This document shows, one piece after another, positions 21,293-30,601 of a stretch of DNA of 64,000 nucleotides. Source of the stretch: Thermoanaerobaculia bacterium (GTDB taxonomy: Bacteria; Acidobacteriota; Thermoanaerobaculia; Multivoradales; Multivoraceae); the NCBI GenBank assembly GCA_963664405.1, contig OY761158.1, positions 1,440,001-1,504,000 of the forward strand, in the 5' to 3' direction. Position numbers and translations under genes: made by a program. The notes under the pieces are model-generated. The model was not told where the DNA came from. It worked only from the letters and a program-made list of their open reading frames with translations, and did no database searches. The stretch's first letter is position 1. Each line of letters starts with the position of its first letter.

Positions 21293-22544
21293 TCTCTGGG
21301 GTTGCTGAATCTCGCGGTGCTGAGAGCGCGGCCAGCGCCGGCGGCGTATAACGGAGCACAGCCTTGCCGGAGAAGATAGATCCAAGCACGACCAGGACAC
21401 CTCCCGAGCCGAGCACCGCCGCTTCGCCATAGCGATCGGCCAGAGCCCCCCACCCAAGGCCCGAAAGCGGAGAGAGCCCGAGAAAGAGTGTGGTGTGTAA
21501 AGACATGATGCGCCCACGCATACGACGCGGAGCCAGAGTCTGGATGAGGGTATTCGTAGTCGCGAGCTGAATCATGAAGCTGAACCCCATCGGAACCAGG
21601 ATCAACATCGCGGTGACCACTGAGCCGGCAAGAGAGAGGGCGAAGAGAAGAACGCCGAACGACGCGGTCGCGGCCACCACCCAACGCTCGAGTCCGTGAA
21701 CTCGACCCCGCCAGGCAAGGCTCACGGCACCGATCAAGGCCCCGAAGCCGACGGCCACTTGAAGGTAGGAGAAGGTGTCTGGGCCTCCGCCTAGATGACG
21801 ACTCGCGAAAGAAGGCAAGAGCACTGCATAAGGCATCCCCGCGATCGCCACCACCGCGAGACCACTCAGCAACGCCAGCAACGGCGGTGCGTGACGGACA
21901 TGGTGCAGGCCCTCTTGGATCTCGCCGAAAAGAGACCGGCCGGAAGGTTCGCGAGCCTCGGTCGCCGGCATTCGAATCGCTATCAGCGCTGCCACAATCA
22001 AAAGGTAGGAGAGCGCGTTCGCAAGGAAGCACCAGCCCTCACCGACCCATGGAATGAGAGCTCCGGCCAACGCCGGCCCGATGAGCCGAGCACCGTTGAA
22101 TAGGGCTGAATTCAGCCCTATGGCGTTGGTCAGGTCCTCCGAACGGACTAGGTCAAGGATGAAAGCCTGACGGGTCGGGATCTCGAAGGCTCGAGCCAAA
22201 CCGGCAAAGAAGGCCAGCAGCACGATGTGCCAGGGAACAACGACCCCGGTGACGGTGAGCAGACCCAAGAGCGAAGCTGGGACCACCGAGAGCGACTGGG
22301 TGATAATGAGGATGAGCCGACGGTCGTGCCGATCCGCGAAGGCCACGGCGATGGGGCCAAGGAGTAGTCCTTGACCCTGCCAGGCAAAGGTCATCAACGC
22401 CACCGCGGCCGCCGACTCGGTAAGACGAAACATGAGCCACGCCATGGCAGTGACTTGCAGCCACATGCCCACCATCGACCCCACCTGGCCGAAGAAGAAC
22501 AGTTTGTAGTTGCGGTGTCTGAACGCTCGAAAAACTCGCGACAA
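21258..22544 (-). CDS. MFS transporter
   Basis: RAFRHRNYKLFFFGQ, ADRHDRR and RGRIMS motifs; about 12 hydrophobic segments. The last ~10 codons lie in the B repeat. Confidence 0.92.
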   Translation of the reverse strand: MSRVFRAFRHRNYKLFFFGQVGSMVGMWLQVTAMAWLMFRLTESAAAVALMTFAWQGQGLLLGPIAVAFADRHDRRLILIITQSLSVVPASLLGLLTVTGVVVPWHIVLLAFFAGLARAFEIPTRQAFILDLVRSEDLTNAIGLNSALFNGARLIGPALAGALIPWVGEGWCFLANALSYLLIVAALIAIRMPATEAREPSGRSLFGEIQEGLHHVRHAPPLLALLSGLAVVAIAGMPYAVLLPSFASRHLGGGPDTFSYLQVAVGFGALIGAVSLAWRGRVHGLERWVVAATASFGVLLFALSLAGSVVTAMLILVPMGFSFMIQLATTNTLIQTLAPRRMRGRIMSLHTTLFLGLSPLSGLGWGALADRYGEAAVLGSGGVLVVLGSIFSGKAVLRYTPPALAALSAPRDSATPETGGRNTRTFSG

Positions 22545-22599
22545 ATCCTTCTCCTTTCCTGACGGTCTCCTGACGCGAAGAGTATTTAATGGCCTTGTT

Positions 22600-22863
22600 T
22601 CGGGCCCCGCTTGGGGGCAGGGGAGCCACGGCCACGGTCGCTGCTTCCATGCTGGAGGGATGATTTCTTTAGGAGAACTTGTTCTCCTCTTGAGCCAGTC
22701 GACGAGGGCCCCCCGCCCTCGTCGACTGCACTACCTCACTCTATGTTTGGGTTCGATTCGGAGGGTTACCCAACCGATTCGGTAACCCTCCTTCCTAAGG
22801 TTCCGACTCCCAAAGGGGATGCCAAAATAATTGCCGGGAGCCCCGCTCCCGGCGCCTTTTTTT
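22600..22863 (+). ncRNA. Candidate multi-hairpin small RNA
   Basis: Series of perfect stems (22671-88, 22696-728, 22760-91, 22808-19, 22833-53), several with C-rich loops, ending in a T7 run; no convincing ORF. Confidence 0.4.
22833..22863 (+). terminator. Intrinsic terminator
   Basis: GCCGGGAGC-CCC-GCTCCCGGC followed by GCC and TTTTTTT. Confidence 0.7.
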
Positions 22864-22885
22864 CCGGCCGCCTACCCAACGATCC

Positions 22886-25024
22886 TCATCCGTAGACGGC
22901 TTCGAAAATCGTCTTCATTGCCCGCTCGTAGCGAGTGAAGGCATTCCGAGCACGACCGGGGTCAGCGAGATCACCAGCTCGGTCGAGGGCGGCGGCACTC
23001 TGCATCGCCCGCGACACCGCTTGGCTCACTTTTCCCCGCTCCCGCGCCGACAATGCGCCCAGATGGTCGAGGAGCGCCTCAGCAAGGTCACGGGCGTCGA
23101 AAGCAGGAATGTGAAGAGCGAGCCACTCCTCGCTGTCCATCAACTCTCGAAGCACATCCGTCCGAGTAACAAGCTCGGCGACGATCTCCTCCGCACTCGC
23201 CGGAATCTGCAGGGGGGGGCGCTCGTGACTGTGAGATCCCAGGGCCGCGTACCTCGCCAGCTCCGCCGCCGAGAGGTCGGCGGACAGTTCTTCGAAGTAG
23301 AAGTCGAAACGCCTCTTCTCGCCCGCAAGCGAAACAGAGGCATAGAACTCCGAGGGGAGCTCGGCTGGGATCTTGGCCTCTAAGTAGGCCGAGCCCGGTC
23401 CACCGTAGACCATCGGATAGACCGTCTCTTCCCACTGCTTCTTCTCCTCGTTCCAGCTCTCGAAGATGGCCTCAGAGGCAAAGTTGCGCGGATCCACCGG
23501 CTTCTTGAAGTCATCGTATACGTAGAGTCGGAACTCTCCCTGTGCCGGCAACGCACCCTCGAGGTGGTGATAGTTGTTCATGGCCATGAAGAACTGGCCT
23601 CCATGGAGAGGGCTGTGGTCCATATGCGCCGTAGCCTGCGGATCGACAACCCCCGAGGAGGCACCCTCGCCACCTCCGAGCATTCCTCCCTGCGACGGTG
23701 CGGGCCTCGGCGCCTGGACGGGCTCGGGGAGCACGAGGTGGTCGTTCACGGCATAGATCGCATGGAGCTCGAAGGGTCTCTCTGGCCGGTTGTCGGCCAC
23801 GCCGAGGGTGCCGGTCATCGCCAAACGCGAGCCCGGAGGGGCTTGCAGGGGACGGTCGAGAACAAAGGTGGAAGGCCAGGCGGGGTCGTACTCCTCGATC
23901 AGAAGCAACAGATCAGAACGACCGTCCGGATAGCTGAGCGTAATCTCGACCTGCTCCACCCCAGGCGGGAGGTTGGGAGCCAGAGACACCACGCGTACGT
24001 CCTCGGCAAAGGTCAAAAGAGCCTCCCTGGTTGGTGGAGGCGCCGACTTCTTCTTCCGCCTCTTGCGAGCGGCCGGCCGAGCGACCTCGGCGCTGGCGCT
24101 TTGCGCAAGGACGATCAGATCCACTTCGTCCGGCTCTTGTGCGAGGAAGAGTCCGAGCTTTGATTGATCACGGATCTCGGTATCGAAACCATCCATCTCA
24201 CGGCGCCGATACTGGACCTCCAGCTCGAGGGTCGAGCCCCGCCGCAGCCGCCGGCCCATGCCGTCCGGAAGAAGAACCGGCGCGTCTCCTCTCAGCCACT
24301 GCCCGAGGAAGTATGGCCCTGGCGGGAGCTGATAGGCACGAGTCGGCTCCGGAGCGTCTTCGTCCCTGAAGGGATCGTAGGGTTCTTGGATCTCTACCTC
24401 GAAACTCTCCGGTACCGAGCCCGCGGGAGGGTGGATCCATGCCGCCATGCGATAGACGGCGCCGGGAGTGCCAGCCCGAAACTCGAATCCCGTCACCCAG
24501 GTATCCTCCTCGATCTCGATCTCGAGAGTGTGGGAGACCTCGTCTTCGATTCTCCCCGCCTGCAGAAGGAAGGGCTCCTTCGAGCCCACCACCAGGTCAG
24601 GTTCACCAAGCTGCCACGCTCCCTCCTCGAACTCGGGTGGCGGTGGCAGATTGCGGCGCGGCCCCTGCGGCCCCCCTCCCTGGATCCAGCCCACCAGGAT
24701 CTCAATATCCTCCTGGCTCATCCGCCTGGTGTTGGCAAAGTGATCGAAGCGCGGATCCGCCTGCCACGGGGGCATGCGACCGGTGAGCACCTCCTCCTCG
24801 ATGGCGGCCGCCCAAGCGCGTGCGCCGGGGGCACTGTCAGTGCCATAGGTGGTGAGATCCACATAGCTGGGTGCCGACCCCCCTGGGCTATGACACCCCA
24901 TGCAGTGTCGGCGCAGAATCGGTCTGACGTCGTCACTGAAGTTCAGATCGGTGGTAATCCGAACGTGGGCACCCGCGGGGCACGCGATCAGGAGCAGGGT
25001 GAGTGCGGTGAGAGAGAGGCGCAT
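22886..25024 (-). CDS. Exported protein: cytochrome c domain + copper-monooxygenase-like region + His/Met-rich domain
   Basis: Signal peptide; CMGCH then MPPW; WQLGEPDL...WVTGFEFR; HMDHSPLHGGQFFMAMNNYHHLEG. Confidence 0.7.
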   Translation of the reverse strand: MRLSLTALTLLLIACPAGAHVRITTDLNFSDDVRPILRRHCMGCHSPGGSAPSYVDLTTYGTDSAPGARAWAAAIEEEVLTGRMPPWQADPRFDHFANTRRMSQEDIEILVGWIQGGGPQGPRRNLPPPPEFEEGAWQLGEPDLVVGSKEPFLLQAGRIEDEVSHTLEIEIEEDTWVTGFEFRAGTPGAVYRMAAWIHPPAGSVPESFEVEIQEPYDPFRDEDAPEPTRAYQLPPGPYFLGQWLRGDAPVLLPDGMGRRLRRGSTLELEVQYRRREMDGFDTEIRDQSKLGLFLAQEPDEVDLIVLAQSASAEVARPAARKRRKKKSAPPPTREALLTFAEDVRVVSLAPNLPPGVEQVEITLSYPDGRSDLLLLIEEYDPAWPSTFVLDRPLQAPPGSRLAMTGTLGVADNRPERPFELHAIYAVNDHLVLPEPVQAPRPAPSQGGMLGGGEGASSGVVDPQATAHMDHSPLHGGQFFMAMNNYHHLEGALPAQGEFRLYVYDDFKKPVDPRNFASEAIFESWNEEKKQWEETVYPMVYGGPGSAYLEAKIPAELPSEFYASVSLAGEKRRFDFYFEELSADLSAAELARYAALGSHSHERPPLQIPASAEEIVAELVTRTDVLRELMDSEEWLALHIPAFDARDLAEALLDHLGALSARERGKVSQAVSRAMQSAAALDRAGDLADPGRARNAFTRYERAMKTIFEAVYG

Positions 25025-25038
25025 GGGGAGAGGGAGAG

Positions 25039-25345
25039 GAAGTGAAAGAGTGAAAGAGTGAAAGAGTGAAGAAGTGAAGAAGTAAGGGAGTAAGGGAGTA
25101 AGGAGTAAGGAGTGAGGTGTTAGGAGTGAGGAGTGAGGGTGTAAGAAGTGCGGAGTTCGGCGTTAGCTGAGGTAGTAAGCAGGAGAGAATTGGAGAGGAC
25201 GGCTGTGGCAGTGTTCCAGCCTACCCCTTGCTCCCTCAATCTTACTTCCTCACCCCAAACTCCACACCCTTACTCCTTACTCCTTCACTCTTTACTTCTT
25301 CACTTTCTTACTTCTTCACTCCTTTACTTCTTCACCCACTCCCCT
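25039..25345. repeat. Mirrored low-complexity 7/8-mer arrays (purine-rich arm, pyrimidine-rich arm) around a ~90-bp core
   Basis: AGTGAAAG/AGTGAAGA/AGTAAGG(G)/AGTGAGG units at 25039-25150; complementary CCTTACT/TCTTCACT/CTTTACT units at 25241-25345. Confidence 0.85.
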
Positions 25346-26182
25346 CGGCACCAGCCCCAAAATACGAACCGGTCCCCCCGATCCGCCCTCGATCTTCATC
25401 GGCAGGGCCACCACCCAAGCTCCTTTCGGCGGCAGCTCTGCGAGCTTCGCCACGTTCTCGAGACCGAGAACGTTGGCGCCGTTGGCGATCTGGTGGACGA
25501 TGAAATCGGCTGAGGCGCCGTAGTCGATGCTTGCGGTATCGACCCCGAGCGCAACCACTCCGCGCTGAAGAAGAAGCCTGGCGGCCTCTTCGCCGTAGGA
25601 GGGGAAGTGGAGATTGGAGGCATCGCCAGGAGTGTCATCGCCCAGATAGCTCAGAGCATCCGGCCAAAAGCGCTCCCAGCCGGTTCGCAGAAAGACGGCC
25701 GAGCCGGACGGAATCTGGCCGTGCGCCGACTCCCACGCCTCGACGTCCGCTGCAGAGAGGAGGTAGTCGGGATCTGCCGCAGCACTTTCGGAGATGTCGA
25801 TCACCACGGCGGGAGATACCAGCCTCTCGAGCGGGATCTCATCTACGGTCCAGCCAGAGGCCGAGAAATGAATCGGAGCATCGAGATGAGTACCGCCGTG
25901 CTCTGGTGACGAGAAGGAGTAGGAAGAGTAGAACCAACCACCCTCCGAGGTACCGTAAGCTTCCTCCTTGTGCTGGAAGCGCTCGGTCGAGGTCGGCCAG
26001 TAGAGAGTGTCTTTGCCATAGGAATGCGACATGTCGACCGGTCGGAAGTCGCGGAGGTCGAGACTCGCGGGACCGGCCGGAGGCGGTTCTATCGGGGGAG
26101 ATCCGGGACTACAGCCCAAGGTCAGAAGCAGAGTCATGAACAGTCCTGATCTCACAGATGAATCCTCCGCGATGGCGGCCAT
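25316..26182 (-). CDS. Cyclase family protein (kynurenine formamidase-like)
   Basis: HGGTHLDAPIH, LRTGW, GVDTASID, LENV and GGSGGPVR motifs; lipoprotein-like LGC near the N-terminus. Confidence 0.92.
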   Translation of the reverse strand: MAAIAEDSSVRSGLFMTLLLTLGCSPGSPPIEPPPAGPASLDLRDFRPVDMSHSYGKDTLYWPTSTERFQHKEEAYGTSEGGWFYSSYSFSSPEHGGTHLDAPIHFSASGWTVDEIPLERLVSPAVVIDISESAAADPDYLLSAADVEAWESAHGQIPSGSAVFLRTGWERFWPDALSYLGDDTPGDASNLHFPSYGEEAARLLLQRGVVALGVDTASIDYGASADFIVHQIANGANVLGLENVAKLAELPPKGAWVVALPMKIEGGSGGPVRILGLVPRGVGEEVKE

Positions 26183-26309
26183 ATTCTAGCCGCCGCAGAC
26201 GATCACGATCACCTCCTCCGCCGCAAGCGCCACTCGCCACAGCAAACAGAGGGGGCCGGCGGCAGGCTCCGAGCCAGTGCTAGAGTCGCGATCGACCCAC
26301 GAAGCTACG

Positions 26310-27464
26310 ATGACGGGCATTGACTCAAAGCGACGAGGCGCTCTGCTCCGCCTCGCACTCGCCCTCGTCCTCTTCAAGATCTTCGTCCTCCTCGTCGCCC
26401 TCTCGTCGCCGGTGCTCCTGCCCGGCTTCTTCAGCGAGAACTATTACCGGGGAAATTTCCACTGGCCGCCGGACGAGGCGCCCCATGCCCTCACCACTCT
26501 CAAGACCTGGGACGCCCAGCACTACCTCTACCTCGCGACCGAGGGCTACAAGCCTGGGCGAATGCCGATCGCCTTCTTTCCCCTCTATCCGTGGCTCATC
26601 CGGGCCCTCGCGACTCTGCCCGGCGTGGGCAGCCAGGCAGCCGCACTCCTTCTGGCGAACGGCCTCTCGATCGCGGCCGTTCTCCTCCTCTTCGACCTTC
26701 TGAGGAGACGACACCCCGGCACCGAAGAGTGGACAACGGTCTTCCTCCTCGCCTTTCCAGGAGCCCTCTTCTTCCACTTTCCATATACCGAGAGTCTCTT
26801 CCTATTCCTCGCTGTGGCGGTCCTCGCCGCCATCGAAAGAGATCGGTGGGGAGTCGCCGCCGGGGCTGCCTTCCTTCTCGCCCTCACTCGCCCCAACGGC
26901 GTGCTCATTGCCGGCCTCCTCGCCTACGAGCTTCTCGTCAGGGTCAGAAGGAAGCAGAGGCCAACCCCGATGATGCTCCTCTGCGTCGGCGCGCCCGTCC
27001 TCGGTTTAGGCGCGTACTTCCTGTTCATGCAAGCCGCAACTGGTGACGCGATGGCCGGAATCGAGATGCAAAGAGCCTTCCACGCCGGCCGCTCGGTGAC
27101 CAACCTCTTCGATGTGGGAGGTATGTTGCGCAACCTCCTGGACGTCGAAGTGATCCACGGCATCCAGCACTCTCTTCTCGACCGTCTTGCCTTTCTCCTC
27201 GTGCTCGCGACGCTGGTACCGCTGTGGCGAATCGATAAAGCGTTCTTTTGGTTCGCACTGCCGATGGCGCTCCTCGGGCCACTGTCGGGGAGTCTCGTTT
27301 CCTACACTCGCTTTGCGGCGGTGATCTTCCCGACCTCCCTGGTGTTGGCACGAGCGCTCGGCGGCCAGGACCGAGTCTCCTACCGCTACCTGACCGCTGC
27401 GGTCTTCTTTGTAGTGCAGATCATTCTTCTCCTTCGCCACGCCACCAACCACTGGGCGGGGTAG
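26310..27464 (+). CDS. GT-C membrane glycosyltransferase (PIG-V-like mannosyltransferase)
   Basis: WDAQHY, AFFPLYP, YTESLFL and TRPNG motifs; multiple TM helices. Confidence 0.82.
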   Translation: MTGIDSKRRGALLRLALALVLFKIFVLLVALSSPVLLPGFFSENYYRGNFHWPPDEAPHALTTLKTWDAQHYLYLATEGYKPGRMPIAFFPLYPWLIRALATLPGVGSQAAALLLANGLSIAAVLLLFDLLRRRHPGTEEWTTVFLLAFPGALFFHFPYTESLFLFLAVAVLAAIERDRWGVAAGAAFLLALTRPNGVLIAGLLAYELLVRVRRKQRPTPMMLLCVGAPVLGLGAYFLFMQAATGDAMAGIEMQRAFHAGRSVTNLFDVGGMLRNLLDVEVIHGIQHSLLDRLAFLLVLATLVPLWRIDKAFFWFALPMALLGPLSGSLVSYTRFAAVIFPTSLVLARALGGQDRVSYRYLTAAVFFVVQIILLLRHATNHWAG

Positions 27465-27516
27465 AAAAGAACGGCAGGTCTGCATCACAGCGGTCTTTGT
27501 CGGACCCCTCCTCTGT

Positions 27517-28641
27517 ATGCAGGTGCAACTGGAGCCGAGAGACACGCGATTCGACTTGAAGCAGGTCCTGGCCTACTGCGGTGCCGCAGTGCTCTCGATC
27601 GGTGTCTTTCTTCCCCTGGTCCAAGCGTCGCCCGATCCCTCGCTCAACTTCCTCGCCAGCCCTCGCGGAGAGGGCGGCATCACCCTGCTCCTGGTCTCGG
27701 CGACAGTTCTCGCGATCTACAAGAAGCGTTTCTGGGCTCTGGCACCGGTCGGGGTTGCCAGCCTCGCCCTCCTCTTCCTCGGACTGGCCGGAGCAGGTGG
27801 TCTGATCCAGGCCAACGAGTCTGCACAACTCCTCGTAGGAGGGCCCGTGCTGGTCATTGGCGCCCTCCTTCTCGTCGGTGCGTCTGAAGTCGCGGGCAAC
27901 GAGGGAGCCTTGGCACGAGGCCCTCAGCTCTTGGCCTTCGTCGTCGGCCTCGGACTCTTGGGTGCAAGATCGATCTCATCGAGCCCCAGCCCGGTGGCAA
28001 TCCCGCAGAAGCGGCTACTGGCGGAGACAACACTCTTCGATCACACACTCCTTCCAGGCCCCACGTACCACTTCTTGCCACGACCCATTGACGACTCGAA
28101 AGGCACCAAACCTGAGCCGGAGCCGTGGCCGCAGGGCGAGCCCGAAAAGCAAGGTCGACCGCTCATTCGACGGACGACACCTCCGTCGATCGAAGAGGCG
28201 CGTAGAGAGGAGCTGGAGCGGCGCCACAGGCGGGAGCGAGAGGAGGTCCGACGTACCAGACACCGACTCGGCCAAGCGATGATCGACTGGCACCCTGTCT
28301 TCGAAGAGCGGCTTCAGGGGGTGCTGCGGGCGAGAACAGCGCTCTATGAGGGTCTCGATCGACGCCGACTCGACGAGATCGCGCCACAGTGTGAAGCCGT
28401 AAGTCTTGCACTCGACGAAGTGCGGCTGGCGGAAGCAGCTCCCGATCCCGTCGTCAAGGGCCTCGTCGCGCAGCTGGTCGCGACTTATCGGAGGTCGGCT
28501 CAGCTCTGTGCGCGTGCATCCTATTTTTCATTTCGAGAGGAAGAAAAGAAGGTCCTAGCGACAGCCCGAGCTCTGGGGCAGCGGCTCCGAGTGTACGGTC
28601 TCGCCTTGCCCGCCGCCGCCACCCAGCGTGAAGGCTCTTAG
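27517..28641 (+). CDS. Hypothetical membrane protein
   Basis: Several N-terminal TM segments, Pro-rich linker, helical C-terminal domain. Confidence 0.65.
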   Translation: MQVQLEPRDTRFDLKQVLAYCGAAVLSIGVFLPLVQASPDPSLNFLASPRGEGGITLLLVSATVLAIYKKRFWALAPVGVASLALLFLGLAGAGGLIQANESAQLLVGGPVLVIGALLLVGASEVAGNEGALARGPQLLAFVVGLGLLGARSISSSPSPVAIPQKRLLAETTLFDHTLLPGPTYHFLPRPIDDSKGTKPEPEPWPQGEPEKQGRPLIRRTTPPSIEEARREELERRHRREREEVRRTRHRLGQAMIDWHPVFEERLQGVLRARTALYEGLDRRRLDEIAPQCEAVSLALDEVRLAEAAPDPVVKGLVAQLVATYRRSAQLCARASYFSFREEEKKVLATARALGQRLRVYGLALPAAATQREGS

Positions 28642-28654
28642 AGGCGACCCCTCA

Positions 28655-28898
28655 GGCACCGTAGTCGACCGGGGTATCCTGGTCCGCGTGACCTCCCTGG
28701 CAAGGGCACTCCGCGCAGGCGGTCATGGTCGGAGACTCCCTATTCGACCTTGTCGCGGGTCGAGAAGCCGGCGTTGCCACCGTCTTGGTAGGAGACGGGC
28801 CGACCTCCTGGACCGATCTGGCCGACCTACAAGTTGCAGGGCTCGAAGATCTTCTCCCCCACCTAGTGGACCGTAACACTCGAACGTTTAGTGGCTGA
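28655..28898 (+). pseudogene. HAD-family hydrolase C-terminal remnant
   Basis: Frame 28698-28898 reads AVMVGDSLFDLVAGREAGVATVLV...LEDLLPHLVDRNTRTFSG*; in-frame TGA at 28689; N-terminal part absent. Confidence 0.72.
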
Positions 28899-29030
28899 GT
28901 GAGTCATTCGTGGTCGAGATCAAGGCGCGCTGACGCAGGCATAGCGGGGACTATGTCGAGGAAGCGTAACGCAGAGATCGGCCGCGAGGGCCGCTCAGGC
29001 TCTAAACGTTTGGGTGTTACGGTCCACTGG
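28863..29030. repeat. Palindromic element, subfamily B
   Basis: CTAGTGGACCGTAACAC...GTGTTACGGTCCACTGG; core AGGCGCGCTGACGCAGGCATA..TATGTCGAGGAAG shared with subfamily A. Confidence 0.93.
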
Positions 29031-29059
29031 GTGAGCCCGAATAGGTACAATCGCGCACC

Positions 29060-29632
29060 ATGGCAAGCGAAGGCCCGGCCCGCATCGGCATCCTGACCGT
29101 CTCTGACCGGGCCAGCCGCGGAGTCTACGAGGACCGGGGGGGGCCGGCGATCGGCGAATACCTGGACGAGGTGCTCTCCTCTCGATGGGAGGCGGTGGCC
29201 AAAGTCGTACCGGACGAGCGCCCGGGCCTCGACGAAGCGATCGCGGAGCTGTGCGACGAAGAGAGCTGCTGCCTGGTCATCACCACTGGCGGCACCGGGC
29301 CGGCGGCACGAGACCTGACTCCCGAAGCCACCGCGGCGGTCAGCGAAAAGATGATGCCGGGCTTCGGTGAGTTGATGCGCAAGGTGTCGCTGGAGAAAGT
29401 GCCAACGGCCATCCTTTCCCGCCAAACCGCGGGCATTCGCGGGAGCTCCTTGATCGTCAATCTACCTGGACAACCGAAAGCGATCAGAGAGTGCCTGGAC
29501 GCGGTGTTCCCGGCGATCCCCTACTGCATCGACCTCATCGGCGGTCCTTTTATCGAAACCGACGAAAGTCGAATCATCGCCTTTCGCCCCAAGAAAAAGA
29601 ATGCCGACCAAGCGAGCGAGCTTCCCAAATGA
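29060..29632 (+). CDS. mogA: Molybdopterin adenylyltransferase
   Basis: IGILTVSDRASRG.YED, TTGGTGP..RD.TPEA, AILSRQ and NLPGQPK motifs. Confidence 0.93.
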   Translation: MASEGPARIGILTVSDRASRGVYEDRGGPAIGEYLDEVLSSRWEAVAKVVPDERPGLDEAIAELCDEESCCLVITTGGTGPAARDLTPEATAAVSEKMMPGFGELMRKVSLEKVPTAILSRQTAGIRGSSLIVNLPGQPKAIRECLDAVFPAIPYCIDLIGGPFIETDESRIIAFRPKKKNADQASELPK

Positions 29633-29970
29633 GCGCCGGCGATCCGTACCTGACCGAAGTCAAGAAGTTGCCGGAGGAAGGGGCGCTACTCTTGACCTGG
29701 AGCGACGGCTTCCAGGCCAAGCCCTCCTACGACTATCTCTGCGGCTACTGCCCCTGTGCCGGGTGCCAGGGCTACGGTGGCACTATCGAGTATCACCAGC
29801 CGAAGCAGCCAATGGAGCCCGAGGACATCCGCCCCGTAGGAAACTACGCAATTCACATCGACTGGAAGGCCGGCTGCAAGGACGGAATCTACAGCTTCGG
29901 CTTCCTGCGCAAGCTCTGCTCGGTAGACGCGAGCAAGACCCCGACTCTCGACAAAGACGAGATCAAGTAG
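29629..29970 (+). CDS. DUF971 / gamma-butyrobetaine hydroxylase-like N-terminal domain protein
   Basis: WSDG...CPCAGC...PVGNYAI..W...GIYSF..LR; overlaps the mogA stop (ATGA). Confidence 0.85.
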   Translation: MSAGDPYLTEVKKLPEEGALLLTWSDGFQAKPSYDYLCGYCPCAGCQGYGGTIEYHQPKQPMEPEDIRPVGNYAIHIDWKAGCKDGIYSFGFLRKLCSVDASKTPTLDKDEIK

Positions 29971-30601
29971 TCGGCAAGGCGTCGCGCTCGTAGCCGGGGG
30001 TCACGTTCCCCAACTCGTCCGCTTCGAGGAGCGCGTGGAAGGGGTAGCCGCGCTCACGAATGCGCTCGGCACCTCCCGCTTGACGATCGAGGACCGCCGC
30101 AACCACAGCGATCTCACAGCCTGCCTCTTCGATCGCATCGAGGGCGCGAAGCACCGAGCCGGCGCTGGTGACGACGTCGTCCACCAAGGCGACACGACGA
30201 CCCGGCGTCAGAAGATCGCCATCCGGATGCCAGGAGACATCGATCTTCTGGCCTCTCCCGTGATCCTTCTGTTCCGAGCGCACGCAGAAGCCGTAGATCG
30301 GTCTCGACGAGCGCTCGCTGGCGATCGCCACGGCGGTAGCAAGGTAGGAGGCCCCCATCGCCAGGCCCCCGACAGCTTCGACCCCGAAGGGCTCCAGCAG
30401 GTCGCAGAGAGCTTCACCGACGAGCTTTGCACCTCGCGGCGAAAGTACGGTCAGTTTGGTATCGCAGTAGTAATGGGTCTCGGCGCCGGACACGAGAGTG
30501 AACTTACCGAAACGAATGCTCCTCTCAGTCAGCAGGGCGGCCAGCTCGTCGAGGCTCGCCGAAGCGACTTCTCCTCCGTCTCCCGACTCAGGGGCGGTCA
30601 T
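29963..30601 (-). CDS. pyrE: Orotate phosphoribosyltransferase
   Basis: FGKFTLVSG..THYYCD, R..QKDHG and VALVDDVVTSAGS (PRPP loop). Confidence 0.88.
   Translation of the reverse strand: MTAPESGDGGEVASASLDELAALLTERSIRFGKFTLVSGAETHYYCDTKLTVLSPRGAKLVGEALCDLLEPFGVEAVGGLAMGASYLATAVAIASERSSRPIYGFCVRSEQKDHGRGQKIDVSWHPDGDLLTPGRRVALVDDVVTSAGSVLRALDAIEEAGCEIAVVAAVLDRQAGGAERIRERGYPFHALLEADELGNVTPGYERDALPTT

Noticed and set aside
25039-25345. CRISPR array
   Set aside because: Units are 7-8 bp, degenerate and have no unique spacers; no cas genes in the window.
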